A stretch of DNA of 64,000 bases from an uncultured delta proteobacterium (GTDB lineage: Bacteria > Desulfobacterota > Syntrophia > Syntrophales > UBA2185). Under the pieces are notes generated by a model. The model ran no database searches. It saw only the letters and a list, made by a program, of their open reading frames with translations, and had not been told where the DNA came from. The position numbers and the translations under genes were made by a program. The DNA lies in contig CAVSPA010000003.1 of assembly GCA_963729715.1 (NCBI GenBank), forward strand, positions 125,682 through 189,681, in the 5' to 3' direction. This document shows, piece by piece, positions 40,508 through 50,630 of this stretch; position 1 is the stretch's first letter, and each line of letters begins with the position of its first letter.

Positions 40508-40859
40508 CTGGATCTCCTTGCAAATAGCCATATATAAATTGTTACGGAAGAATACCCTTGTCCCTGTCGAAGACCAGATTCCTTCGCGAGTGCGCCGCTT
40601 TAAAACTTAGGATATATTTATATATCAAACCCGGACAAACCACAAGGGGAGTCATTTATTCACGCCCGGAACACCAGGCAGAGGAGAGCAACGCGGAATT
40701 GCCCTTCGTAGAGTGGAAAATCTCCTTGAATGTAATTCCAACTTGAGGTACCTTCCACGATACACTTCGTGAGACAGATGACCGGCAGACTGTTCAATTA
40801 CAGGTTCTGCCAAGCATCAAGCAACAATCTTTCATTCATAACCTACTGGGAGAATTGCC

Positions 40860-42677
40860 ATGGCATTACGCATAATGGGTAGTATGGAAGGACGGGAGTT
40901 AAGATACAGACTCTCCATCATAGAATTCCTGATTTTTGCCCTGCCATTCCTCGTCCTTTTGTTTATCATCTATCAAAGTGACATCACTCTCAATTATGTA
41001 CACGTTATTATAATCGCCGTAATCCTCTTCATTGTGTGCGCCGGGTTGATAATCCTCCGTCAGGTTTTTAACAGGTTCTTCGACGTTGCCATGTCCATGA
41101 AAAAGGCCGCATCCGGCGATCAAGTCTCCATGGAGATAAGAAACGATGTGGCGGAGTTGCGGGATATATCCGTCGCCTTCAACAGATTGATGGAGAAGTT
41201 TGAGCATACAACGGAAGAGCTCAGCCAGAAGACTTTTGAACTGGTTTCAATTAAGGAACTTACAGAGATTGCGAGCAAGATATTGGATATCGATGAGATG
41301 TTGGGCCTGCTTTTGGACAAGTCCATGACATTGACGGGTGCTCAAATAGGCTCTGTTTACCTGGTTGATGCGGCATCACAGCAGTTCCGTGTCGTGGGAA
41401 TGAAAGGTCTCGGCAAAGATCTTAAAAATTATCGCATCAATATAGCGGATTCCCCGGCAAAGTATGTCCTGACGGAGAAAAAGGCTCTTCTTGTGAAGGA
41501 CGCCGACAGCGACCCGAGGGTAATCAGGAAAGACTACCCGGAGTACGGATCGCCGTCATTTTTGAGCATGCCGATTTATATCAGAGATGAGGTTGCGGCC
41601 ATATTGAATCTTGCATCCAAGGGAAGTGACAAGCCCTTTGATACGAACGACGAGCAGATATTATCCATCATGATCCGAGAAATAGGCTTTGCTCTCGAAA
41701 ACGCCCAGCTCCACTCGAGGATTAAACTGCACATGGAAGATCTGAAAAAACACGCAACGACCCTCGAAAAAGAGATCACGGAACGCAACAGGGCGGAGCA
41801 GGCGCTCCGGGAATCCGAAGAGCGTTACCGTTCATTCCTGCAGAAGTTCCGCGGCATCGCCTTCCGGCGGACGATTGATTTTGCGCCCATCTTCTTTCAC
41901 GGCGCTGTTGAGGAGATAACGGGTTATACGGCGGAAGAGTTTGTTGCCGAGAATCCGGCGTGGGACCAGATCATTCATCCCGAAGACTTTCTGAAGGTTC
42001 ACCAAAGCAAGGAGAGTATCCGCTCTATTCCCGGCTATTCGACGGAGAGGGAATACCGCATAGTCTGCAAGGACGGCCAATCGCGCTGGGTTCACGAGCT
42101 GATCCAGAATGTCCGCGACGATGCGGGCAAGCCTATTTACATTCACGGCTCACTGTTTGACATCAGCGACCGCAAGCACATGGAAGAAGAGATAATGGCG
42201 CTCTCCATGACGGATCAGCTTACGGGACTGCACAACAGGAGAGGCTTCTTGACCCTCGCCGAACACCAGTTAAAAATATCAGACAGAACAAAAAAAGGGA
42301 TGCAGCTCTTTTTTGCCGACCTTGATGGGATGAAATGGATCAATGATAAGATGGGTCATAAAGAAGGGGACAACGCACTGATGGAAGTGGCTACAGTACT
42401 CAAAGACGCCTTCAGATCATCGGACATCATCGCGCGCATGGGAGGGGATGAATTCGCCGTGCTTGCCATCGACACATCTAAATTAAATCCGGAAATTCTT
42501 ACCAACCGGCTGCACAACCAGCTTGAAGCGCTCAATAACAGGGAAAACCGGAAATTCAGAATTTCAGTCAGCGTCGGCTGTGCCTACTATGACCCGGAGA
42601 AGCCGTCTGCTATCGACGAGCTTATGGCGCATGCGGACAAATTGATGTACGAAGAGAAGAAGAAAAAGAAATCCTGA
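40860..42677 (+). CDS. Membrane diguanylate cyclase (HAMP-like, GAF, PAS, GGDEF)
   Basis: TDQLTGLHNRR, DLDGMKWIND, RSSD I-site, GGDEF. Confidence 0.93.
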   Translation: MALRIMGSMEGRELRYRLSIIEFLIFALPFLVLLFIIYQSDITLNYVHVIIIAVILFIVCAGLIILRQVFNRFFDVAMSMKKAASGDQVSMEIRNDVAELRDISVAFNRLMEKFEHTTEELSQKTFELVSIKELTEIASKILDIDEMLGLLLDKSMTLTGAQIGSVYLVDAASQQFRVVGMKGLGKDLKNYRINIADSPAKYVLTEKKALLVKDADSDPRVIRKDYPEYGSPSFLSMPIYIRDEVAAILNLASKGSDKPFDTNDEQILSIMIREIGFALENAQLHSRIKLHMEDLKKHATTLEKEITERNRAEQALRESEERYRSFLQKFRGIAFRRTIDFAPIFFHGAVEEITGYTAEEFVAENPAWDQIIHPEDFLKVHQSKESIRSIPGYSTEREYRIVCKDGQSRWVHELIQNVRDDAGKPIYIHGSLFDISDRKHMEEEIMALSMTDQLTGLHNRRGFLTLAEHQLKISDRTKKGMQLFFADLDGMKWINDKMGHKEGDNALMEVATVLKDAFRSSDIIARMGGDEFAVLAIDTSKLNPEILTNRLHNQLEALNNRENRKFRISVSVGCAYYDPEKPSAIDELMAHADKLMYEEKKKKKS

Positions 42678-42760
42678 TACGCCAGGTAATGGGGCTCTAT
42701 ATTGCAGCAGAAAAGGGATCAAAGATAAGAGAGAAGGACAGACAGCCTTATTCAGGAAAA

Positions 42761-45628
42761 TCAAGTAACCTCTTTTCTGAGGGTGAAATAAAAACATGCG
42801 CCCTCATCAACCTTACCGTCAGCCCATACACGACCGCCATGCCTGTGTATGATGCGTTGAACGGTAGCCAGACCCACACCGGTCCCTTCGAAAGCATCGG
42901 CGCTGTGCAGGCGCTGGAAAACGCCGAACAACTTATCATAATATTCCATGTTGAAGCCGACGCCGTTGTCCCTGACAAAATACACGATCTCATTTTCGTC
43001 TGCGTAGCCCCCGGCTTCAATGTGGGCATCGTCCCGGTACTTAGTGAATTTGATGGCATTGGAAAGCAGGTTGATACACACCTGTTTGATGAGAGCCCTG
43101 TCTCCATAGCTCAAGGGAATATTCTTAACTGTAAGCATCAAATTCCTATCCGGGTTGATTACCTCCAGTTCTTTCCATGCGTCTCTCATCAGGGCGTCCA
43201 TGTCCAGCTCACTTACAGACATATGCTGCTTTCCGAGGCGAGAGAAGGTCAAGAGGTCGTCGATAAGCTGGCCCATCATCTGCGTGCTGTTTCTTATTAC
43301 ATTAAATTTGTTCAGCGTCTCTTCGTCGAATTTATCCCCCTGTTTCTTGAGGATCAGACGCGTATATCCGTCTATGGCGCGGAGCGGTGCGCGCAGGTCA
43401 TGTGAAACGGAGTAACTGAAACTCTCCAGTTCCCTGTTTAGTACTTCAAGCTGCGCGGTGCGCTTCTTTAATTCCTCTTCGGCATGCTTGCGCTCGCTGA
43501 TGTCTTGAAAGACAGTTGCAAACTGCCCTTTGGCCGGGGAAAAGGCAGAGATGGAAAAATGCTTTCTCATCGGCGGAAAGTAAGCTTCAAAGATTTCAGG
43601 TCTTCCCGAAAAGGCCACTCTTGCATAGACCTCCAGGAAAGGCGGTTCAGTTGTGCCATATACTTCCGTGGCTCTCTTGTCCGCAATCATTTCCTTTCTT
43701 AGCCCCATAATAGACTCATACGAAGGGTTAACGTCTGAGATGATGTAATCGACAGCTTCGCCGGATGCGGCATAGATAATTTTGTGGAGGGCCACTCCTT
43801 CGACCATCGTAGAGTATAAGCCGGCAAATTTATCCTCACTCTCCCGCAGCGCCTCCTCAGCCCGGCCCCGGAGCTGCTCATGGTCAAGGGCATCAAGGGC
43901 ATATGAAATATCTGCGCTCAGCGACTCGAGCAAGCCGACCTGCTCTGCATCAAAGACACCGGGCTCGAGGGCGTAAATTGTGAGTGAGGCTGCGGCTCTC
44001 CCGCGGCGGCGCAAGGGGAATGCAGCGGAGGCGCGGAACCCGTAACTCCGGGCCTTTTCGCGCCATGGCGAAGTGGCAGGATTGGTCGCAAAGTCGTCGT
44101 TAATCACCGCGCGGTTCTCCCGGATGCTGGTGCCCGTCGGACCCTGGCCCAACTCGCCGTTGATTTCCACTTTGATCTCTTTCACATAGTCGCCGGCCGG
44201 TCCGTACCAGGCTGCAGGAACAACCTGCTCTCCATTCACCTTCCCGATCCAGACCAGTGGGAAAGTACACTCTTCAGACACAATCCGGCAAACCTCATAG
44301 TACAATGACTCTATGTCCCGGGTCCGGACGATAGTCTCGTTGACACGGCTGAGCGCGGCATAGAGGCAGGTCAACTTGGCGATCCGCTCCTCCGTCTGTC
44401 TGCGCTCGGTGACGTCTATGCCCATCCCGATGAGATACTGTTTGTCCCCTATGACAGCGCGCGTTCCTGTCAAATAGAAAGGGATCTTATGCCCGCTTTT
44501 CGCCATTAAATGTACTTCCGCAGTCGCTGTGCCTTTGGCAAATCCCTCCTTGAACTCGTGGACAATCAGATCTCTGTCCGCTTCGGCAACGATGGTCATG
44601 ATGCCAATGGAAGAGAACTCCGCTCCCGAATAACCGGATATTCTTTCCGCATTTCTGTTCCAATTAATAAGGCGGCCTTTTTCGTCAATCATAAAGAAAA
44701 TACCCGGCAGGCTGTCTATGATTGCGTCGGAAAATAATTTCTCCTGTGCTAAAGCCTCCTCCACCCGCCTGCGCCCGGTAATGTCACGAATGATGATCTG
44801 GACGGCGCGTCTTCCCTGGTAGTATACCGTACCCCCGACGGTCTCGACCGGAACCACCTGTCCGTCGAGACGCAATAGTCTGGCTTCCCTGAGCGGCAAC
44901 CTTTCTCCGTCCTGTCCCTGCTTCATGCGCAACGCTGTAGAGGCGCGGTCATCCGGGTGCACCAGATCAAGGACGGTTTTACACTGGAGCTGTTCGATGG
45001 AATCCGCGCCATATATCCTTAGCGCAGCGGGGTTGGCGAAGAGGAACATGCCTTCGCGGTGCACGATTACGGCGTCTGGCGATGACTGGACGAGTTCGCG
45101 GTAGCGCTGCTCGCTCTCCCGCAGGGCCTCTTCCATCTTCTTCCGCCCCGCTATTTCGGCTTGCAGTTCGGCAGTCCTTTTCTCAACCTTCTTTTCCAGG
45201 GTTCGATGGGCTTTACGCAGTTTTTCTTCCGCATCCTTGCGCGCCTTGTGTTCTTCCGCTTCCGCGAGGGCTCTGTGGACGGCAGGCACAAGACGGTGAA
45301 GACGGCTCTTCATGACATAATCCTTTGCTCCATGCGTCAGGATTTCAATTGCCCGGTCTTCACCGATGGCGCCTGTCACAAGGATAAAAGGGACATCGGG
45401 GCATTTCGTTTTCGCCTCGGCAAGGGCCAGGAAGCCGGTGTACTGGGGAAGGTCGTAATCGGAAAGAATGAGATCGGGACAATATTCGTTAAGTTCATGT
45501 ATGAAGGCATCCTCCGTCATGACCCTTTTTGAGATAAAGGTGAGGCCTGCCTCTTTGAGCTCAAATTCCATCAGCTCTGCGTCGGTCGGCCTGTCTTCGA
45601 GGATCAGTATGCGGAGGGGTTTGTCCAT
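42761..45628 (-). CDS. Cytoplasmic hybrid histidine kinase (REC-PAS-PAS-GAF-PAS-HisKA-HATPase)
   Basis: N-terminal REC (ILEDRP, ILSDY), SVSHDLRAPL, NLLSNAIKF, GTGVGL. Confidence 0.94.
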   Translation of the reverse strand: MDKPLRILILEDRPTDAELMEFELKEAGLTFISKRVMTEDAFIHELNEYCPDLILSDYDLPQYTGFLALAEAKTKCPDVPFILVTGAIGEDRAIEILTHGAKDYVMKSRLHRLVPAVHRALAEAEEHKARKDAEEKLRKAHRTLEKKVEKRTAELQAEIAGRKKMEEALRESEQRYRELVQSSPDAVIVHREGMFLFANPAALRIYGADSIEQLQCKTVLDLVHPDDRASTALRMKQGQDGERLPLREARLLRLDGQVVPVETVGGTVYYQGRRAVQIIIRDITGRRRVEEALAQEKLFSDAIIDSLPGIFFMIDEKGRLINWNRNAERISGYSGAEFSSIGIMTIVAEADRDLIVHEFKEGFAKGTATAEVHLMAKSGHKIPFYLTGTRAVIGDKQYLIGMGIDVTERRQTEERIAKLTCLYAALSRVNETIVRTRDIESLYYEVCRIVSEECTFPLVWIGKVNGEQVVPAAWYGPAGDYVKEIKVEINGELGQGPTGTSIRENRAVINDDFATNPATSPWREKARSYGFRASAAFPLRRRGRAAASLTIYALEPGVFDAEQVGLLESLSADISYALDALDHEQLRGRAEEALRESEDKFAGLYSTMVEGVALHKIIYAASGEAVDYIISDVNPSYESIMGLRKEMIADKRATEVYGTTEPPFLEVYARVAFSGRPEIFEAYFPPMRKHFSISAFSPAKGQFATVFQDISERKHAEEELKKRTAQLEVLNRELESFSYSVSHDLRAPLRAIDGYTRLILKKQGDKFDEETLNKFNVIRNSTQMMGQLIDDLLTFSRLGKQHMSVSELDMDALMRDAWKELEVINPDRNLMLTVKNIPLSYGDRALIKQVCINLLSNAIKFTKYRDDAHIEAGGYADENEIVYFVRDNGVGFNMEYYDKLFGVFQRLHSADAFEGTGVGLATVQRIIHRHGGRVWADGKVDEGACFYFTLRKEVT

Positions 45629-46068
45629 GCTCTCATTCCTTGCAGGTTCTAAGCATTGCAATCGAATCCTTGCCCCTCCGGAATCCTGAAGACGCTGTCA
45701 GGTTACTCGGAGGTTGTCGTTACATTATTGCCTTGTCTTATAATCCTTTGACCCTTTTTCATACAATTTAGGATGATGAAATTATATAGGGCATTCTCTC
45801 ATTTTTGGCACAAAAAAACCTTAGGTCACTCTGAGAGAATCCAGCGTAAGGAAAATATAAAAGATAATCGATAGTTGTTAACCGCAATCCCCAAACCTGT
45901 AGATAAACTTGTTTATAACCATGTTGATAATTTTTGCTGTTGCTTGTCTGGTCTACATTCCTACCGGATTGCACAAAATATGGGCAACGATAACTGAAAT
46001 AATATAGATAGCTTATAATATAACCACCGATTCTTGCATCTCTTAAATGGTTCCGCACAAATTATGCC

Positions 46069-46228
46069 ATGGACGGCCGCATGAGAAAGAATTTTTTAAC
46101 GGGACAAATAAAAAAGAGCCGCCTTCCATCATAGCGAACATGCTTATTTATTTCCGATGGAGATACTGGGTGGGTGTGATGAGTACGGAAGGTGTTATTG
46201 CAGGAAGACAGGTTGCCGATGCCACCTT
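46069..46228 (-). ncRNA. Candidate structured RNA, copy A of a duplicated motif (boundaries approximate)
   Basis: Similar to 46663-46824; stem CCTTCCGT/ATGGAAGG on the minus strand. Confidence 0.35.
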
Positions 46229-46279
46229 GTGTTCTTATTGATTAATGACATTGATCTGCTCTGCAGGTATCGTCGTTGC

Positions 46280-46370
46280 CCGTCAAGATGGTTAATGCCG
46301 ACGCCGAGGGTAATGTAAATATCCCTGGTCAGGCGCGGTTCCCCGTAAAGAAGAACGGCCTGTCCGCGCC
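46280..46370 (-). pseudogene. Fragment of a nucleotidyltransferase-like gene
   Basis: GQAVLLYGEPRLTRDIYITLG resembles the GG.A...G.PR.T.DID NTase motif; no intact ORF around it. Confidence 0.5.
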
Positions 46371-46391
46371 CTCCTCGTATTTTCAAAAATA

Positions 46392-46490
46392 CTATTTATT
46401 CTTCTTGTCCCGTTTTTCCTGTCTTCTTTCCTTTGCTGATTTAGTTGGCTTCTTTTTAGTATTTTTCTGAGCGTCCCTTGATTTTGCCAT
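46392..46490 (-). CDS. 32-aa Lys/Arg-rich small protein
   Basis: GGAGG RBS 6 nt before ATG; MAKSRDAQKNTKKKPTKSAKERRQEKRDKKNK. Confidence 0.65.
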   Translation of the reverse strand: MAKSRDAQKNTKKKPTKSAKERRQEKRDKKNK

Positions 46491-46662
46491 TACAATCCTC
46501 CATCATTAATTGTCCGATGAGACTTAATATCTTCTTAAGAAACAAATATCACAGTGCTTGTGCCGGGTCAATCAGAGAGAGATCCGTTAGAATGCATAAG
46601 GATAGATTTGGATAGGAAGCCCCCAGTAGCATTAAAATTTGAAGAATAAGCGCTCGGAGCGG

Positions 46663-46824
46663 CATGGCCGCAGCGAGAAGAATTTCTCGACCGGACAAAC
46701 ATAAAGAAGAGCCGCCTTCTGTTATAGCGATCATAATTATTTATTTCCGCTGAGAGATACTGCATGGGTGTGCTAAGTACAGAAGTCATGATTGCAGTAA
46801 GAGGCCGATCAGTGGTGACACCTA
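46663..46824 (-). ncRNA. Candidate structured RNA, copy B (boundaries approximate)
   Basis: Stem CTTCTGT/ACAGAAG on the minus strand, covarying with copy A. Confidence 0.35.
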
Positions 46825-47020
46825 AAACTGCTCAGTAATGGATCCTCATCAGGACCGAGGATTACAGATCGTAATGTTTATTACTGCATTTCTATTTTCA
46901 CGAATATTAGTTTGAGAAAGATTGTCTTGATTTTGACGACGAATTCGGTCTCATACTGAGAGAGTAGTGCATCAAAAACAGGAAGTCAGGCTGGAGATGG
47001 ATTTCCAATATTACCAGGCT

Positions 47021-47073
47021 ATTGAATTTGATAGCGAGCGCATTCCCCGTAGCTTGCTGCGGAGAGCTTCAAT
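47021..47073 (+). repeat. Dispersed palindromic repeat, copy 1
   Basis: ATTGAA...GCGAGCGCATTCCCCGTAGCTTGCTGCGGAGAGCTTCAAT; related copies at 59403, 61556 and 62767. Confidence 0.8.
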
Positions 47074-47152
47074 TGCCTCTTGTATTTTTAAAGAAAACTG
47101 TCTAAGAAGGCTATGCGTATGTACAATGCATCTTAAACGAAGGAGGATCACC

Positions 47153-47728
47153 ATGAAGGTAGTAGCGTTGAACGGAAGTGCCCGTAAAGACGGCAATACG
47201 GCAATTCTAATCAACTTGGTTTTCGATGAGTTGAAAAAAGAAGGAATTGAGACGGAATTAATACAGCTGGCGGGAAATCCCATTGCTGGATGCGTCGCCT
47301 GCTATAAGTGTTTCAAGAATAAGAACCGCCGGTGCTCTGTTGACAAGGATATGCTCAATGACATTATCGAGAAGATGCTCAAGGCAGAAGGAATAATACT
47401 TGGATCGCCGACATACTTTTCCGACGTTTCGTCCGGTATGAGGGCGTTTATAGAAAGGTGCGGCTTCGTTGCGCGTGCGAATGACTACATGTTCAAGTAC
47501 AAGGTCGGGGCAGGCGTCGTTGCCGTCCGCAGGGCAGGCGCAATCCCGGCATTCAACTCCATGATGCTGTTTCTGCATTATATGCAGATGATGATTCCCG
47601 GCTCGAGCTATTGGAATATAGCCATAGGAAGGGATCCGGGCGAAGTCTTGAAGGATGAAGAAGGCGTTCAGACCATGAAGACCCTTGGGCAGAACATGGC
47701 ATGGCTCCTCAAAAAAGTCCGGGCATGA
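47153..47728 (+). CDS. Iron-sulfur flavoprotein (NADPH-dependent FMN reductase family)
   Basis: NGSARKDGNT, CVACYKC...C, LGSPTYF; AGGAGG RBS before ATG 47153. Confidence 0.9.
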   Translation: MKVVALNGSARKDGNTAILINLVFDELKKEGIETELIQLAGNPIAGCVACYKCFKNKNRRCSVDKDMLNDIIEKMLKAEGIILGSPTYFSDVSSGMRAFIERCGFVARANDYMFKYKVGAGVVAVRRAGAIPAFNSMMLFLHYMQMMIPGSSYWNIAIGRDPGEVLKDEEGVQTMKTLGQNMAWLLKKVRA

Positions 47729-47744
47729 AATGCCACTGTGCCAT

Positions 47745-48410
47745 TTAGGCGACCCACTGCACGTATTCGCTTATATCCACCCTTTTTCTTTCGAAGTTGT
47801 TGAGAGGAAAATCTTCATCTGGATATCCCATGACTACCCCTATGACGATTTTCCGATCTGCCGGGATGGATAGAATGTTGCGCAAGAGACCTGGGTTGCG
47901 GATAGACATGGCCATGATGCAGGTTCCGATACCCTTGTCATGGGCAAGAAGGCAGATGGTCTGTAATATGAGGCCTATGTCGAGCATGGCGTATTCGACA
48001 AGAATGTCTCCGGGAATGCAGGCTACAATCAGGCATGGCGCGCCGAAGAGCAGTGTCATGTCTTCATATAACTTATGACGGGCATCCTTGTCATCACGTT
48101 TGACATTCAGGGCGGCGAGCATGATCTTTCCCAATTCCCCGTACCTTGCTTTCAGGTGCTCGGGCCAGACCTCGTGCATGGGGACATCGAGGGGAAATGT
48201 TTGGCCATCGACGAACGACCGGTGATTCGCATCTCTGAATTCATCAAGCCTTTTTCCGGTCAGCACATAAAATTCCCATAGCTGGGTGTTTCCCCAGGAC
48301 GGCGCCCAGCGTGCCGTCTCCAGGATATCGCGAATTGTCTCTCGGGAAATCTCTTTTGCCGTGAATTTTCTTATGCTCCGCCTTCCTTCGATTGCAGCCC
48401 TTAATTCCAT
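47745..48410 (-). CDS. Nitroreductase family protein
   Basis: RRSIRKF, WAPSWGNTQLWEF, GIGTC. Confidence 0.92.
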   Translation of the reverse strand: MELRAAIEGRRSIRKFTAKEISRETIRDILETARWAPSWGNTQLWEFYVLTGKRLDEFRDANHRSFVDGQTFPLDVPMHEVWPEHLKARYGELGKIMLAALNVKRDDKDARHKLYEDMTLLFGAPCLIVACIPGDILVEYAMLDIGLILQTICLLAHDKGIGTCIMAMSIRNPGLLRNILSIPADRKIVIGVVMGYPDEDFPLNNFERKRVDISEYVQWVA

Positions 48411-48693
48411 TTTATAGCCTTTCTGAGATCATTTGATTAATGCCACTTTCCATCCGGCAGCCCGTCATTCTCAATTAGAATATAGCATGGGTCCCCGGGA
48501 AAGGAGGTAAAACCGGGGACCCTTAACCCGAGAGAATGAAGGGGAGAGGATGACAAACTCACGCTTCGGGTTTTTAAAAATAATCTACTTGCCGCCCGAT
48601 GTGTTCTCGGTAATGTCTCTTGCGCCTCAGGCAGGGCGATCTCTCAATCAATATCCGCTCACTATCAAAAATTGCGATCATCATGATGCCGCA

Positions 48694-49476
48694 TTATCTG
48701 CCTCTATCATTTGCTTCGGGTCCGAACGTCAGTTGGTAAGCTATGTAAAAGGAGTAGTAGTTAGGGCCGTAAACGTCCTGGCCTGCGGAAAGCAGCAGGT
48801 GGTGATTGTCAGTAAAGTTTATGATCGCGCCCACAGTGTAGCCTTTGCTTTCATCGATGTCGGCCTTACTCGACGTCATGTAGTAGAGTTCAGCACCCAA
48901 AGTCAGTTTCTTATTGATGTCCCGCTGCAAGAGCCAGCCGAGCTGCCAGTAGTCTCTGTTATCCGAGCCGGATGTAAACCAGTAGCCGCCGCCTCCATAG
49001 GTAGTCCACGGTCCCCAGCTCTTCTGCAGCCACAGTGGCAGGAAAAATTGTGTCTTCCCATTTCCCAGCCCTCTTGCAACATCGCCGGTCGGTATCTCGA
49101 TGAGAGGGAATGTCCCCACCTGAGGAACGTACTTCGATTCCTGCACGAAACGGTACTTCACGCCGAACTCCGTATCCCCGTAGCCGTACTGCGAACCCTG
49201 TTCTTCCGGCTTCACATATTGGAGGGGGGCGATTAAATGGACCTGGAGATTCGGCACGAGCCCATAGTTCACTTCAACATGGGGCAATGTGGCGGAGACT
49301 TGGTCCCGGTCTTTGGTGTATTGTGAAGCGAGATATAATTCCCAATGCTTGTACTCCACCGGTTCCGGATCATCCGTCTTAAACGGGGGACCGGCCAGGG
49401 GCGCCTTTGGCGCTAGCATAATCACAAGAGAAAGCACAGCGATAATGAATATTTTTATTCCTTCCATTCTCATCAT
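48694..49476 (-). CDS. Putative outer-membrane beta-barrel/transporter protein
   Basis: Signal peptide, GPPFKTDDP, GYGDTEFGVKYRF, alternating aromatic beta-strand pattern. Confidence 0.7.
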   Translation of the reverse strand: MMRMEGIKIFIIAVLSLVIMLAPKAPLAGPPFKTDDPEPVEYKHWELYLASQYTKDRDQVSATLPHVEVNYGLVPNLQVHLIAPLQYVKPEEQGSQYGYGDTEFGVKYRFVQESKYVPQVGTFPLIEIPTGDVARGLGNGKTQFFLPLWLQKSWGPWTTYGGGGYWFTSGSDNRDYWQLGWLLQRDINKKLTLGAELYYMTSSKADIDESKGYTVGAIINFTDNHHLLLSAGQDVYGPNYYSFYIAYQLTFGPEANDRGR

Positions 49477-49749
49477 ATAATAATATTTGCAGCCATTTTA
49501 ACGGAAAAGGTACAAGATACAATGGTAGTTAAAGGATTGTAAAATAATAGGTCAATGCTCTTATCCACATTTCGGCTGTTTTACTTTTATCTTGTTTTTA
49601 TGTAAGATAAAGCTATACGATGTCTTGCGCGGGTTGCATGCAATTGCACGGAGCCGCAAGACAGAAAATCTTCATTTCCATAAGAGGGACCGGAACGACA
49701 ACTGCTTCTACGTAAAGGTAGATTGCACCATTCGAAAAGGGGGAAAGTT

Positions 49750-50322
49750 ATGGATATCTTCACCGCCATGAAGGATAGGCGAAGCTGCAGGAATTTTATG
49801 CCTGATCCGGTGAGTAATGAGGTGCTTGATAAGATACTGGAGGCGGGCGCGTGGGCGCCGTCAGCGGCGAATAATCAGCCCTGGGAATTTATCGTTGTTA
49901 CAAATAATGAGATCAAGAAGAACATATTCACTGAATCTGAAAAATGCAGAAAAATCCTGTTCGAAAAAAGCGGGTGGAAGTGGGTTGACCGCTATAAGAT
50001 CGGGTTTATTAATGAGGCGCCGGTCATTATAGCTGTGATCGGAGATCCCAAGAAAACGGGAGCGGATATGTTCCTGGAGGGAGGAGGGCTCGCCTACCAG
50101 CACGGGTGTGCAGCTGCAATACAGAACATGCTTCTTGCGGCCCATGCCTTAGGGCTGGGGACCCTCTGGTTCACCCTCTTTGAGAAGGAAACTATAAGGA
50201 CGATCCTGAAAATCGATCGGGCGAAGGAACCCCTTGCGCTCATTTGCCTGGGCAAGTCTGCAGTTCTTTCTTCCCCTACTCCCCGCAAGGGCGTAAAGGA
50301 GATAACGGCTTACGTGCGCTGA
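49750..50322 (+). CDS. Nitroreductase family protein
   Basis: RRSCRNF, WAPSAANNQPWEFIVV, QNMLLAAHALGLGTLW. Confidence 0.92.
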   Translation: MDIFTAMKDRRSCRNFMPDPVSNEVLDKILEAGAWAPSAANNQPWEFIVVTNNEIKKNIFTESEKCRKILFEKSGWKWVDRYKIGFINEAPVIIAVIGDPKKTGADMFLEGGGLAYQHGCAAAIQNMLLAAHALGLGTLWFTLFEKETIRTILKIDRAKEPLALICLGKSAVLSSPTPRKGVKEITAYVR

Positions 50323-50350
50323 TTCATAGTCACTCGGGTAGAAATATATT

Positions 50351-50560
50351 ATGGAAGACGAAGTTCTCTGCAGCATCTGCGTGAAAGCAAAGGTTTTTGC
50401 ACAGTGTCTGGGTTGCTCTGTGTCTATGTGTGAAAAGTGCGCCTGCTTCGAATTGATAGGCTCCGGTTGCGGCTGCGTCTGGCCCGCTTATTACTGCTTT
50501 GCGTGTGCCCACGATCCTTTGATAAATCCAAATGCCGCATTTAGAGAGCCGGATAGATAG
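50351..50560 (+). CDS. Small Cys-rich probable zinc-finger protein (B-box-like spacing)
   Basis: CxxC...CxxC...CxxCxC...CGC...CxxC; 11 Cys in 69 aa. Confidence 0.65.
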   Translation: MEDEVLCSICVKAKVFAQCLGCSVSMCEKCACFELIGSGCGCVWPAYYCFACAHDPLINPNAAFREPDR

Positions 50561-50630
50561 ATAGCTTCAAACCTTCTTGAACAATCGGAGTGCAGGGCAG
50601 GCGTCTCATCCTTCTGATATAGGAGTCAGT

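Noticed and set aside
46568-46789. 73-aa ORF through motif copy B
   Set aside because: The frame is not preserved in copy A, so the conservation is unlikely to be protein-driven.
46967-47152. N-terminal extension of the flavoprotein ORF
   Set aside because: It runs through the dispersed repeat; the RBS and family start point to ATG 47153.
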